Part shown: piece by piece, positions 10,111 through 22,659 of the stretch
Layout of the letters: every line of letters starts with the position of its first letter
Position numbering within the stretch: position 1 is the stretch's first letter
DNA from: Betaproteobacteria bacterium
GTDB lineage: Bacteria; Pseudomonadota; Gammaproteobacteria; Burkholderiales; Burkholderiaceae_C
Assembly (NCBI GenBank): GCA_016704535.1
Contig: JADIZZ010000007.1
Span: 223,866-287,865, forward strand
Direction of reading: 5' to 3'
Length of the DNA: 64,000 bases
Made by a program: the position numbers and the translations under genes
The notes under the pieces: generated by a model
Database searches by the model: none
Seen by the model: the letters and a program-made list of their open reading frames with translations, nothing else
What the model was told of the DNA's origin: nothing

Positions 10111-10419
10111 TCACCCCCGGGGCAGCACCTTGATCTTGATCGGTGGCCCGCGCCAGCCACGTTCACGCAGCGCGTCGTCCAGCGCCGGCAGCATCTGTCG
10201 CAGCTTGGCCGCGGCTGCGGCGTGCGAAACGAGCAGTACCCACGCACTGTCGTCCAACGGGCCGGCCCGAATGCCGCCGGCCAGGCCGGGTGGGAACAGG
10301 GGAGCGATGGCCTCCAGCCTGGCCTTCGATTCCTGCATCCGCTGCAGCAGACTGCTCAGCGGTTCGCTGCGGCCCAGGGCGGCGGCGACGGTCTGGTCCT
10401 TGAGGCCCGGATGGTTCAT
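10111..10419 (-). CDS. dciA: DUF721 / DciA-like protein
   Basis: 102 aa ORF. The pattern LPPGLAGGIRAGPLDDSAWVLLVSHAAAAAKLRQMLPAL resembles DUF721 proteins that sit divergent from secA in Burkholderiales. Confidence 0.65.
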   Translation of the reverse strand: MNHPGLKDQTVAAALGRSEPLSSLLQRMQESKARLEAIAPLFPPGLAGGIRAGPLDDSAWVLLVSHAAAAAKLRQMLPALDDALRERGWRGPPIKIKVLPRG

Positions 10420-10754
10420 CAGGGGGTGAGTCTAAGTGGCTCGTCGCGAAGAGCCGCGCAGCCGGCTTGATGGGGTGCTGATGCTGCGGCCGGCGGGCCG
10501 GCCGCTGGCGCGGCTGTGTACCCGCATGCGTACCAGGGCCGGGTGATAAACTTCGACGCTTTGTTTTCGACGCTGCAGCGCCGAGTCGGGCTGCGCCACA
10601 GGCGCCCGCCGGACGGTGTTGCAGGCCGGCGCAGCGCCCCCACATGAACTCGCTCATGCCTGTCGGTCCCGATGCCGGGCCCGCCTGGTGCCGCCGATGC
10701 GCGTGGTCGCCGCACCTCCCGCACCGCCCCTGAACCCCGAGAGCCCGACGCCGC

Positions 10755-13502
<2,748 letters not shown>

Positions 13503-13524
13503 GCGCGGCGCGGGCGACGGGTAC

Positions 13525-13998
13525 ATGGCGCCCCCTTCGCGATCTGCGTGCACCCGGCCGCGTCATCGTTGGGCTGCCTGCATCGTGGCATTCGTCGGCA
13601 TGGCGCTGGTTGCACCGGCCGCCGCCGTCGACTTGCGCGCTGTGCCCGTGCCTCTCGAACCGGCCCTGCGCAGCGGCAAGGTCGCACTGGCCGCGGGCGA
13701 AGTCGTGGCCCAGCCGGCGCTTGAACAGGCGCTGCGTACCGATGCCGCCCTGCTTTGGCAGCGCGGCGACGGCGGCGCCGGTCTTTCGGTCGCCTTCCAG
13801 GCCGTGACCTGGCGTGACGGCGCGCTGGGCTGCCCCCAGCCCGACCGGATGTACACGCAGGCACTGGTCTCAGGCTGGCGTGTGCTGGTCTCGGACGACA
13901 CCCGACGCGTCAGCTACCACGCCAGCCGTTCTGGCTTCTGGCTGCTGTGTCCGGCAGACCGGTCGCACCCCCCGCTGCCCGACGACGCCACGCGCTGA
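13525..13998 (+). CDS. hypothetical secreted protein
   Basis: Tail of ORF 13375..13998 starting at ATG 13525. N-terminal hydrophobic segment CIVAFVGMALVAPAAA. Cys-pair motif WRDGALGCPQPDRMYTQ...FWLLCP. Family not recognised. Confidence 0.5.
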   Translation: MAPPSRSACTRPRHRWAACIVAFVGMALVAPAAAVDLRAVPVPLEPALRSGKVALAAGEVVAQPALEQALRTDAALLWQRGDGGAGLSVAFQAVTWRDGALGCPQPDRMYTQALVSGWRVLVSDDTRRVSYHASRSGFWLLCPADRSHPPLPDDATR

Positions 13999-14025
13999 GC
14001 CGCCGGCCCATAGCGACCGGGTCGT

Positions 14026-14162
14026 GTCCCCGCGCATGCTGGCCGTGCCCGCCCGGTCGAGTCCCCGCCGCATGCGGGTAAACGTGCCCCGGGACACGGG
14101 GGATTGCCGGCGCCCGCAGGCTCTGGTTATCGTGCCGTCTACGGGGACTGTCCCATGACATG
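14026..14162 (+). repeat. three copies of a GTCCC(C)-N(3-5)-CATGC motif in the spacer upstream of 14253
   Basis: gtccccgcgcatgc (14026-14039), gtccccgccgcatgc (14061-14075) and gtcccatgacatgc (14149-14162). A near-palindrome gtgccccgggacac lies at about 14084-14097. Confidence 0.3.
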
Positions 14163-14252
14163 CGCCCGGAGCGCCCCGCCCTCGTCTGGCCGGTTGGCTA
14201 CTGCGGGCGGTGTGATCTTTACCACCCATCAAGACCTTCGAAAGGCAACTTC

Positions 14253-14690
14253 ATGAATCACGGATGGCATTTGCGAGCGTTGATGCTCGGTATCAGTGGC
14301 ACGTGTGTGCTGGCTACTGCCCAGGCGCACGAAGCCCAGGGCGTGAAGCCAGCCGAAGCGGCACCCGTCGCCGGTGAGGCGCAGGCCCTGCGTGCCGTGC
14401 GCGACAAGGCCACGGGCCGGCTGCGTGCACCGGACGCCGACGAAGCCGCGGCCATGGATGCCGCCGAACGGGCCAGCCGCAAGGCACGCGGCCTGCCGGA
14501 GGTGGCGGGTTTGCAGCCCGTGGTCGTGGTTCGCCACGCCAGCGGCATGATGAGCGCCAAGCTCGGCTCGGACCAGCTGATGACACTCAGGGGCGAACGC
14601 CAGGCCGATGGATCGGTGCGCCGCGTCCACGCCGACGGCACAAGCCACGACCGTGCGCCCGCCGCACGCGACAACCGTCCGACGGAGTGA
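14253..14690 (+). CDS. small secreted protein of unknown function, co-transcribed with the downstream metalloprotease
   Basis: Tail of ORF 14160..14690. Signal peptide MNHGWHLRALMLGISGTCVLATAQA. Its stop lies 5 nt before the next start. Confidence 0.6.
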   Translation: MNHGWHLRALMLGISGTCVLATAQAHEAQGVKPAEAAPVAGEAQALRAVRDKATGRLRAPDADEAAAMDAAERASRKARGLPEVAGLQPVVVVRHASGMMSAKLGSDQLMTLRGERQADGSVRRVHADGTSHDRAPAARDNRPTE

Positions 14691-14695
14691 CCCTC

Positions 14696-16327
14696 ATGCG
14701 CAAGAAGATCATCGCCGCCGCGGCAGCGGCCCTGAGCATGGCTTTCTGCCTGCCCGGACATGCTGCCACGTTGGAACTGCTCAACGTCGACCCGCCTGGC
14801 GTCGGCTTCAACGACCCGACGCCGGCCACGCCCGTGGGCGGCAACGCCGGGACCACGGTGGGCGCCCAACGCTTGATCGCCTACCGCAAGGCGCTGGAAC
14901 TCTGGGGTCGGACGCTCAAGAGCTCGGTCAACATCGTCGTGCAGGGCTCTTTCGCTGGCCTGACCTGCGACGCCACCGGCGGCGTGCTCGCCCAGGCCGG
15001 GACGACCTACATCTTCAGCGACTTCCCGGGCGCACCGCTGGCCGGGCACTGGTACCACTCGGCCCTGGCGGACGCGCTGTCCGGCACCGACCTCGTGGTG
15101 GCTGAAGGTGGGCCGTCCGGCGACCCGGACATCGTCGCCAACTTCAACGGCAACGTTGGCAAACCCGACTGCATTGCCGGGCCCGGTTGGTACTACGGGC
15201 TGGACAACAACGCCCCGGTCGGCCAGACCGATTTCCTCGACACCTTCATGCACGAGGTGTCGCACGGCCTGGGGTTCTCGAACTTCGCCAACGAGGCCTC
15301 GGGTGCCCTCATTTCGGGCCTGCCCGACGTGTACATGGCCAACACCTTCGATCTGTTCTACGGCCAGCCGTGGAACACGACGGTGTTCGGGCCACAGACC
15401 TCGCTCTTCCTTCGCCTGTCGGCGGTCAACAACGGCAACGTGGTCTGGACCGGCCCGCAGGTCACGGCCAACTCGGTGAAGATCCTGGGGCCCTACCAGG
15501 GTGTGCGCCTGACCGGCAACCTGAACCAGGAACTCGTCATCGGCAGCGCGTCGTTCGGCGCTGCAGCCACGGCCGACAACTTCGGCGGCCCGATCGTCGT
15601 CGCCCTCGACGATGCGGTGAACGGGCTCAGCACCACCGATGGCTGCGGGCCGCTGACCAATGCTGCCGAGGTGGCCGGAAAGATCGCCTTCATGGACCGC
15701 GGCAGCTGCGGTTTCGCCGTCAAGGCGAAGAATGCGCAGCTCGCCGGCGCGAAGGGCGTGATCATCGGCAACAACCAGGCCGGCGGCGCGATCGGCCTCG
15801 GCGGCTCGGATCCGACCGTGACGGTGCCGACCATCAGCGTCTCTCAGGCCGACGGCACCGCCATCAAGGCCGCGTCGCCGGGCGTGTCGGTGGAGTTCTT
15901 CACCGACCCGTCGCGCCGGGCTGGCACCAACCAGGGCTTAGTGCGCCTGTACGCGCCGACAACGGTGGCGCTCGGTTCGTCGATCTCGCACTTCGACACC
16001 GTGGCACTGCCGAATCTTTTGATGGAGCCTTTCATCAACGCGGATCTGCGCTCGGCACGCAACCTCGACCTGACGCCGGCGCTGATGCAGGATATCGGCT
16101 GGACGCTGGAAACGCTGAAGATCGGCGCCTGTGACACGGCCGTCCCCAACGCGCTTACCAACGGCGACCTGCTGCACGTGAAGGTCGAGAACTGCAAGGT
16201 GGGCGCGCGGAATCATGGCCAGTTCGTCAGCTGCATCAACCAGGTGACCAACCCGCTTGTCGCCGCCGGCTTGATGACCGGCTCGCAGAAGGGTGCGATC
16301 TCGAGTTGCGCAGGGCGCTCGAAGTAA
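14696..16327 (+). CDS. secreted PA-domain (protease-associated) zinc metallopeptidase
   Basis: Signal peptide MRKKIIAAAAAALSMAFCLPGHA. HExxH motif HEVSHGLGF at 15251-15265. PA-domain-like stretch GKIAFMDRGSCGFAVKAKNAQLAGAKGVIIGNN. Cys-rich C-terminal tail. Confidence 0.8.
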   Translation: MRKKIIAAAAAALSMAFCLPGHAATLELLNVDPPGVGFNDPTPATPVGGNAGTTVGAQRLIAYRKALELWGRTLKSSVNIVVQGSFAGLTCDATGGVLAQAGTTYIFSDFPGAPLAGHWYHSALADALSGTDLVVAEGGPSGDPDIVANFNGNVGKPDCIAGPGWYYGLDNNAPVGQTDFLDTFMHEVSHGLGFSNFANEASGALISGLPDVYMANTFDLFYGQPWNTTVFGPQTSLFLRLSAVNNGNVVWTGPQVTANSVKILGPYQGVRLTGNLNQELVIGSASFGAAATADNFGGPIVVALDDAVNGLSTTDGCGPLTNAAEVAGKIAFMDRGSCGFAVKAKNAQLAGAKGVIIGNNQAGGAIGLGGSDPTVTVPTISVSQADGTAIKAASPGVSVEFFTDPSRRAGTNQGLVRLYAPTTVALGSSISHFDTVALPNLLMEPFINADLRSARNLDLTPALMQDIGWTLETLKIGACDTAVPNALTNGDLLHVKVENCKVGARNHGQFVSCINQVTNPLVAAGLMTGSQKGAISSCAGRSK

Positions 16328-16353
16328 GCTCGAACTCCGTCGCTTGATGACGG

Positions 16354-16379
16354 AACGGCGCCTTCGGGCGCCGTTTTTC
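16354..16379 (+). terminator. Rho-independent terminator after the metalloprotease gene
   Basis: aacggcgcc/ttcg/ggcgccgtt hairpin followed by a T-run. Confidence 0.7.
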
Positions 16380-16433
16380 ATGGTGGCTGGCAGATGACTA
16401 CACTGCGGCGTTACGCCCTTTGCTTCATCTGCC

Positions 16434-17672
16434 ATGCCCGTCAACCTCAGCGCTGCCGATCCGGTTTCCCTCCAACCCATCGCCGGCCTGCGCATCGCGA
16501 CCGCAATGGCCGGCGTTCGTAAGCCCAACCGCCGCGACTTGGTGCTGTTCGTGCTTGACGAAGGCGCCGCGGTGGCCGGTGTGTTCACGCAGAACCGCTT
16601 CTGTGCGGCGCCGGTACAGTTGTGCCGCGAACACCTGGCCGGTGGCCCGGCCAGCCGAGCACTGTTGATCAACACCGGCAATGCCAATGCCGGCACCGGC
16701 GCCGACGGCCTGGCGCGGGCGCGCTGCAGCTGCGCCACGTTGGCCGCGCTGATGGACTTGCAGCCTCAGCAGGTGCTGCCCTTTTCCACCGGCGTGATCA
16801 TGGAAACGCTGCCCATCGAACGCATCGAGGCGGCGTTGCCCACGGCACTGGCAGCCTTGCGGCCGGCCGACGGCGCGGCCTGGGCGGAGGCCGCTGCCGG
16901 CATCATGACCACCGACACCCTACCCAAGGCGGCATCGCGACAGGTGACCATCGGCGGGCGGACCGTCACCGTCACCGGCATCAGCAAGGGCGCTGGCATG
17001 ATCCGCCCGAACATGGCCACGATGCTGGGCTTCATCGGCACCGATGCGGTCATCGAGCCCGCCGCGCTGCAGGTGCTGGTGCGTGAGGCCGCAGACCTGA
17101 GCTTCAACCGCATCACGATCGATGGTGACACGTCGACCAACGACTCCTTCGTCATCATGGCCACGCAGCAGGCCGGCCATGCGCTCATCACGGCGCTCAC
17201 CTCGCCCGAAGGCCGCGCGCTGCGCGACGCCGTGGTCGCGGTGGCCCAGCAACTGGCCCAGGCCATCGTGCGCGACGGCGAAGGCGCCACCAAGTTCATC
17301 ACCGTGCAGGTGCAGGGCGGTCGCGACGAGGCCGAGTGCAAGCTCGCCGCCTACGCCATCGCCCACTCACCGCTGGTGAAGACCGCCTTCTTCGCCAGCG
17401 ACCCCAACCTCGGCCGCATCCTCGCGGCGGTGGGCTACGCCGGCATCGCCGACCTCGACCAGGGCCTCATCGACCTCTTCCTCGACGACGTGCACGTCGT
17501 CCACCAGGGCGGGCGGCTGCCCACCTACACCGAGGCCGACGGCCAGCGTGTGATGAAACAGAGCGAGATCACCGTGCGCGTGCACCTGCACCGCGGCACC
17601 GCCGAGACCACGGTCTGGACCTGCGACCTCTCGCACGACTACGTCACCATCAACGCCGATTACCGTTCCTGA
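16434..17672 (+). CDS. argJ: bifunctional glutamate N-acetyltransferase / amino-acid acetyltransferase
   Basis: 412 aa. [13 protein letters not shown], autoprocessing-site region [19 protein letters not shown]. Confidence 0.93.
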   Translation: MPVNLSAADPVSLQPIAGLRIATAMAGVRKPNRRDLVLFVLDEGAAVAGVFTQNRFCAAPVQLCREHLAGGPASRALLINTGNANAGTGADGLARARCSCATLAALMDLQPQQVLPFSTGVIMETLPIERIEAALPTALAALRPADGAAWAEAAAGIMTTDTLPKAASRQVTIGGRTVTVTGISKGAGMIRPNMATMLGFIGTDAVIEPAALQVLVREAADLSFNRITIDGDTSTNDSFVIMATQQAGHALITALTSPEGRALRDAVVAVAQQLAQAIVRDGEGATKFITVQVQGGRDEAECKLAAYAIAHSPLVKTAFFASDPNLGRILAAVGYAGIADLDQGLIDLFLDDVHVVHQGGRLPTYTEADGQRVMKQSEITVRVHLHRGTAETTVWTCDLSHDYVTINADYRS

Positions 17673-17680
17673 GTCCGCCC

Positions 17681-19027
17681 CTGGCCGAGCGCACCCTGTT
17701 CCTGCGTCTGCTCGCGCGCCTCTTGTCGCGGCTCCCGACGCTGCCCGCGGGCGACCTGTTGCGCGACGCCGCCTACCGGCGGCTGTGGACCTCCATCCTC
17801 ACCAGTTCCTTCGGCAACCAGGTGATGATGCTGGCGCTGCCGCTCACCGCGGCGGTGCTGCTGCAGGCCACGCCGACCCAGATGGGCCTGCTGACGGCCA
17901 TCGAGCTGCTGCCCTTCCTGCTGCTGTCGCTGCCTTCGGGCGTGTGGCTCGACCGCGTGCGCAAGTTGCCGGTCTACGTGGTGGGCGAATCGCTCATCGG
18001 CGTGGCGGCCGCCAGCGTGCCGCTGGCCTGGTGGCTGGGCTGGCTGTCGATGGGTTGGCTCTACGTGGTGGGCTTCATGCTGGGCGCCGTGCACACGGTG
18101 GCCGGCACGGCGGCGCAGATCGTGCTGACGCAAGTGGTGGCGCGTGAGCGGCTGGTGGAGGCGCATGCCAAGAACGCGCTCGCGACTTCGGGCGCGGAAG
18201 TCGTCGGGCCCGGGCTGGCCGGTGCGCTGATCAAGATCTTCGGCGCGCCGCTGGCGCTGCTGGTCAACGCGGTGCTGCTGCTGGGCTCGGCGCTCATCCT
18301 GCGCGGCATCCCCATCGCCGAACGCCGCGAGGCGCGCCCCGCTGGGCACTTCTGGCGCGACCTGGGCGTGGGCCTGCGCTTCGTCACCGGGAACCGCCTG
18401 CTGCTGACGCTGGGCGTGCTGATGGCCGTCTGGCAGATGTGCCACTACTCCGCGGTCACGGTGCAGATCCTCTTCGCGACGCGCACGCTGGGCCTGAGCG
18501 AACACGCCGTGGGCCTGTGCTACATGGGCATGGGCGTGGGCACCATCGCCGGCAGCATGCTGGGGCGGCGGGTCAGCCACCGCATCGGCCCCGGGCCCTG
18601 CCTGGTGGTGGGCTACGCCATCTGCGGCGCAGGCTGGCTGCTGCTGGCCGCGGCGCCGGCCAACGCCTGGGGCGTGGCCGCCTTCGCGCTGATGCTGATG
18701 AGCTTCACCACCGGCGCGGTGTTCATCTTCATCAACTTCCTGGCGCTGCGCCAGGCGGTGACACCGGCGCCCTTGCTCGGCCGCATGACGGCCACGATGC
18801 GCTGGCTGACGCTGCTGGCGGCCGCGCCCGGCGCGTTGCTGGGTGGTTGGCTCGGCGACCACGTGGGGCTGCGCGCGGCGCTGGCCTTTGCTGGCGGCGT
18901 GTCGGTGCTGCTGGTGCTGGTGGCGTGGCGGTTGCCGCTGATTCGCGGACTGACGACGCTGCCCGAGCAGGAGCGGGAATCGGAGTGGCTCGGCATCGAA
19001 GCCGAGGTGCGTGCGCCGTTGCCTTGA
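17681..19027 (+). CDS. MFS transporter
   Basis: Tail of ORF 17336..19027. There is no ATG or GTG between the argJ stop and the first TM segment, so the start is uncertain (CTG 17681 or TTG 17723). AYRRLWTSILTSSFGNQVMMLALPL is followed by about 12 hydrophobic segments. Confidence 0.8.
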   Translation: MAERTLFLRLLARLLSRLPTLPAGDLLRDAAYRRLWTSILTSSFGNQVMMLALPLTAAVLLQATPTQMGLLTAIELLPFLLLSLPSGVWLDRVRKLPVYVVGESLIGVAAASVPLAWWLGWLSMGWLYVVGFMLGAVHTVAGTAAQIVLTQVVARERLVEAHAKNALATSGAEVVGPGLAGALIKIFGAPLALLVNAVLLLGSALILRGIPIAERREARPAGHFWRDLGVGLRFVTGNRLLLTLGVLMAVWQMCHYSAVTVQILFATRTLGLSEHAVGLCYMGMGVGTIAGSMLGRRVSHRIGPGPCLVVGYAICGAGWLLLAAAPANAWGVAAFALMLMSFTTGAVFIFINFLALRQAVTPAPLLGRMTATMRWLTLLAAAPGALLGGWLGDHVGLRAALAFAGGVSVLLVLVAWRLPLIRGLTTLPEQERESEWLGIEAEVRAPLP

Positions 19028-19048
19028 GAACGCGCCGCCCGCGCGCCG

Positions 19049-19804
19049 TCAAACGGTGACCGGACGCTCCATCGGCGCGAAGCGGTCCACCGCATCGGTG
19101 ATCAGCCCGTCGACGCCCAGCGCCAGCAGACGGCGCGCCTCGTCGGCGTCGTTCACCGTGTAGCACAGCGCACGCAGGCCGGCGCCGTGCAGTTGCGCCA
19201 GCACGGTGGCGTCCATCAGGCGGTGCTGGGTGACCACGGCGACGCAGCCCAACTGTTGGGCGCGTTCGAACCAGCCCGGCACCAACTTGTCGAGCAGCAG
19301 CGCACGCGGCAAGGCCGGTGCACTTTCGCGCGCGCCGCGCAAGGCCTCGGGCTCGAAGGAACTGAGCAGCAGTGCGGGGGACGCGCCCGGCCACAGGCGT
19401 GCGCAAGCGGCGCCCGCAGCCACACCGGTGGCGTGTTCGCGGCCGGGCGTGGGCTTGATCTCGACGTTCAGCGCAAAGCCATTGCGTTGCACATAGGCCG
19501 CGATGGCGTCCAGGCTGGGCAGCGGTTCGCCGGCGAAGGCGCGCGAGTGCCAGCCGCCGGCATCCAGGCGCGACAGTGCCGACCAGGGGCGGTCGCCGGC
19601 CATGCCGCTGGCCGGTGTGGTGCGGTCCAGCGTGCTGTCGTGCAGCAGGAAGGGCACGCCGTCGGCGCTCAGCTTCACGTCGCACTCGAAGGCGCGGTAA
19701 CCGTGCGAGGCACCGACACGGAAGGCGGCCAGCGTGTTCTCGGGCGCCAGCTTGCCGGCGCCGCGGTGGGCAATCCAGAACGGCAACGGCCAGTCGGCGT
19801 TCAT
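19049..19804 (-). CDS. ugpQ: glycerophosphodiester phosphodiesterase
   Basis: [19 protein letters not shown]...[17 protein letters not shown]; last gene of the ugp operon. Confidence 0.9.
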   Translation of the reverse strand: MNADWPLPFWIAHRGAGKLAPENTLAAFRVGASHGYRAFECDVKLSADGVPFLLHDSTLDRTTPASGMAGDRPWSALSRLDAGGWHSRAFAGEPLPSLDAIAAYVQRNGFALNVEIKPTPGREHATGVAAGAACARLWPGASPALLLSSFEPEALRGARESAPALPRALLLDKLVPGWFERAQQLGCVAVVTQHRLMDATVLAQLHGAGLRALCYTVNDADEARRLLALGVDGLITDAVDRFAPMERPVTV

Positions 19805-20871
19805 GCCACGCGCTGCCCGCTTTCACGGTCGAACCAGTGCAGGTGCTCGCGTGGCACGTGCAGGTGCACGGTGTCGCCCGGCCGGGGGGGCGTGAGCGTG
19901 GCCTCCAGGCGCACGGTGAACGCCGAGCCCCCGAGGTGGCCGTAGACCAGCCGCTCGGCGCCCAGCATCTCCAGCACGTCCACCTTCAGCGGCCACTCGC
20001 CGTCGGCACGCAGTTCGGCGTGTTCGGGGCGCACGCCCAGCGTCAGTGCCCCGCCGCGCGGCGCGGTGGCGGGCAGCAACAGGGCCTCGGCGGCGCCGTC
20101 AGCCGCGAAGCGCCGTCCGTCGGCCTGGCCGTGCAGCAGGTTCATCGGCGGGCTGCCGATGAAGCCCGCGACGAAGGTGCTGGCCGGTTCGCCGTAGACC
20201 TGCTCGGGCGTGCCGATCTGCTCGATGCGCCCGGCGTTCATCACGAGCATGCGCTGGGCCAGCGTCATCGCCTCGACCTGGTCGTGGGTGACGAAGAGCG
20301 AGGTCACGCCGAGTTCGGCGTGCAGCTTGCGAATCTCCAGCCTGGTTGCGGCGCGCAGCTTGGCGTCCAGGTTGGACAGCGGCTCGTCGAAGAGGAAGAC
20401 CTGCGGCTGGCGAACGATGGCGCGGCCCATCGCCACACGCTGGCGCTGGCCGCCCGAGAGCTGGCGCGGCTTGCGCTGCAGCAGTTCACCCAGTTCCAGG
20501 ATCTTGGCGGCCTTCTGCACCCGAGTCTCGATCTCGGCCTTGGGCACCTTGGCGATCTTCAGCCCGTAGGCCATGTTGTCGTAGACGCTCATGTGCGGGT
20601 AGAGCGCGTAGTTCTGGAACACCATCGCGATGTCGCGCTCGGCCGGCTCCAGCTTGTTGACGACGCGCCCGCCGATGTCGATCTCGCCGCCGGTGATCTC
20701 TTCCAGCCCGGCCACCATGCGCAGCAGCGTGCTCTTGCCGCAGCCTGAAGGACCCACGATGACGATGAACTCGCCGTCAGGTATGTCGGCGCTGACGCCA
20801 TGGATCACCTTCACGGCCTTGGGCCCGTGGCCGTAGGTCTTCTCGACGTTTCTCAGTGCAATGGCGCCCAT
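19801..20871 (-). CDS. ugpC: sn-glycerol-3-phosphate ABC transporter ATP-binding protein
   Basis: GPSGCGKST Walker [15 protein letters not shown] signature, [11 protein letters not shown]; 4-nt overlap with ugpQ. Confidence 0.93.
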   Translation of the reverse strand: MGAIALRNVEKTYGHGPKAVKVIHGVSADIPDGEFIVIVGPSGCGKSTLLRMVAGLEEITGGEIDIGGRVVNKLEPAERDIAMVFQNYALYPHMSVYDNMAYGLKIAKVPKAEIETRVQKAAKILELGELLQRKPRQLSGGQRQRVAMGRAIVRQPQVFLFDEPLSNLDAKLRAATRLEIRKLHAELGVTSLFVTHDQVEAMTLAQRMLVMNAGRIEQIGTPEQVYGEPASTFVAGFIGSPPMNLLHGQADGRRFAADGAAEALLLPATAPRGGALTLGVRPEHAELRADGEWPLKVDVLEMLGAERLVYGHLGGSAFTVRLEATLTPPRPGDTVHLHVPREHLHWFDRESGQRVA

Positions 20872-20880
20872 GTCTCGTTC

Positions 20881-21732
20881 TTATTTTTCGGTGTCGACCA
20901 GGCCCTTGACGAACCACTTCTGCATCAGGATGACGACCAAGGCCGGCGGGACCATCGCCAGGATGGCGGTGGCCATCACGATGTTCCAGTCGTTGGCCGC
21001 GTCGCCGCCGGAGATCATGCGCTTGATGCCCATCACCACCGGGTACATGTCCTCGCTGGTGGTCACCAGCAGCGGCCACAGGTACTGGTTCCAGCCGTAG
21101 ATGAACTGGATGACGAAGAGCGCCGCGATGCTGGTGGTGGACAGCGGCAGCAGCACGTCCTTGAAGAAGCGCAGCGGGCCGGCGCCGTCGACACGCGCGG
21201 CTTCCACCAGTTCGTCGGGCACGGTGAGGAAAAACTGGCGGAACAGGAAGGTGGCGGTGGCGCTGGCGATCAGCGGCACCGTCAGGCCGGCATAGCTGTT
21301 GAGCATGCCGAGGTCCGACACCACCTGGTAGGTGGGCCCGATGCGCACCTCCACCGGCAGCATCAGCGTCACGAAGATGGCCCAGAAGAAGAACATGCGC
21401 CCGGGGAAGCGGAAGTAGACGATGGCAAACGCCGACAGCAGCGAGATCGCGATCTTGCCGATGGCGATGACCAACGCCGTGATCAGGCTCACCACCATCA
21501 TGCGGCCCACCGGCGCGGTGGATGCCGCGCTGTCGCTGGTGCCCTGGATCGCCGCGGTGTAGTTCTCCACCAGGTGCGGGCCGGGCAGCAGCGGCATCGG
21601 CACCTGCACGATGTCCTGCGCGGTGTGGGTCGACGCGACGAAGGTGATGTAGAGCGGAAAGGCGACGATCAACACGCCCAGCACCAGCACCACGTGCGAG
21701 ATGGCCGTGGCCAGCGGGCGGTTCTCAACCAT
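20881..21732 (-). CDS. ugpE: sn-glycerol-3-phosphate ABC transporter permease
   Basis: MVENRPLATAISHVVLVLGVLIVAFPLYITFVAST parallels the E. coli UgpE N-terminus. Confidence 0.9.
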   Translation of the reverse strand: MVENRPLATAISHVVLVLGVLIVAFPLYITFVASTHTAQDIVQVPMPLLPGPHLVENYTAAIQGTSDSAASTAPVGRMMVVSLITALVIAIGKIAISLLSAFAIVYFRFPGRMFFFWAIFVTLMLPVEVRIGPTYQVVSDLGMLNSYAGLTVPLIASATATFLFRQFFLTVPDELVEAARVDGAGPLRFFKDVLLPLSTTSIAALFVIQFIYGWNQYLWPLLVTTSEDMYPVVMGIKRMISGGDAANDWNIVMATAILAMVPPALVVILMQKWFVKGLVDTEK

Positions 21733-21763
21733 GTCTTGCAGCCGGGAGCTACGGGCGGGTTCA

Positions 21764-22651
21764 TCAGTAGTTGACCTTCTTCTCGACGTAGCGGAACTGC
21801 ACCACGGTGAGCGCGATGACGATGAACATCAGCACCACGCTCTGCGCCGCCGAGCCGCCCAGGTCCAGCGCCTTGAAGCCGTCGTAGTAGACCTTGTAGA
21901 CGAGGATGGCAGTGTCCTTGCCCGGCCCGCCCTCGGTGGCCGCGTCGACGATGGCGAAGGTGTCGAAGAAGGCGTAGACGACGTTGATGACGAGCAGGAA
22001 GAAGGTGGTGGGCGAAAGCAGCGGGAAGACGATGGTCCAGAAGCGCCGCCAGGGCCCCGCGCCGTCGATGGCCGCGGCCTCGATCAGGCTCTTAGGGATG
22101 CTCTGCAAGCCGGCCAGGAAGAAGAGGAAGTTGTACGAGATCTGCTTCCACACCGCGGCCATCACGATCAGCGTCATCGCCTGGTTGCTGTTCAGCAGGT
22201 GGTTCCATTCGATGCCCACGCTGCGCAGCGCGAAGCTGACGATGCCTATGGACGGCGCGAACATGAAGAGCCACAGCACGCCGGCGACGGCCGGTGCCAC
22301 CGCATACGGCCAGATCAGCAGCGTCTTGTAGACGTTGGCGCCGCGCAGCACGCGGTCGGCGAAGACCGCCAGCGCCAGCGACACCGTGAGGCCGATGCCG
22401 GCCACGAGCACCGAGAACACCGCCGTGGTCTTGAACGACGCGAGATAGCTGTCATCCGCCCACAGCCGGCGGAAGTTGTCGAAGCCCACCCACTCGACCG
22501 ACGTGCCGAAGGCGTCCTGCTGCTGCAGCGACTGCACCAGCGCCTGGCCTGCCGGCCAGAAGAAGAAGACGGCGATGACGGCCACCTGGGGTGCCAGAAG
22601 CACCCAAGGCAGCCACCAACTCTTGAAGCGGACGCGCTTTTCGACGGCCAA
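21764..22651 (-). CDS. ugpA: sn-glycerol-3-phosphate ABC transporter permease
   Basis: Tail of ORF 21764..23185. A TTG start at 22651 gives (M)[34 protein letters not shown], matching the UgpA N-terminal pattern. The start codon choice is uncertain. Confidence 0.85.
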   Translation of the reverse strand: MAVEKRVRFKSWWLPWVLLAPQVAVIAVFFFWPAGQALVQSLQQQDAFGTSVEWVGFDNFRRLWADDSYLASFKTTAVFSVLVAGIGLTVSLALAVFADRVLRGANVYKTLLIWPYAVAPAVAGVLWLFMFAPSIGIVSFALRSVGIEWNHLLNSNQAMTLIVMAAVWKQISYNFLFFLAGLQSIPKSLIEAAAIDGAGPWRRFWTIVFPLLSPTTFFLLVINVVYAFFDTFAIVDAATEGGPGKDTAILVYKVYYDGFKALDLGGSAAQSVVLMFIVIALTVVQFRYVEKKVNY

Positions 22652-22659
22652 GGGAAGGG

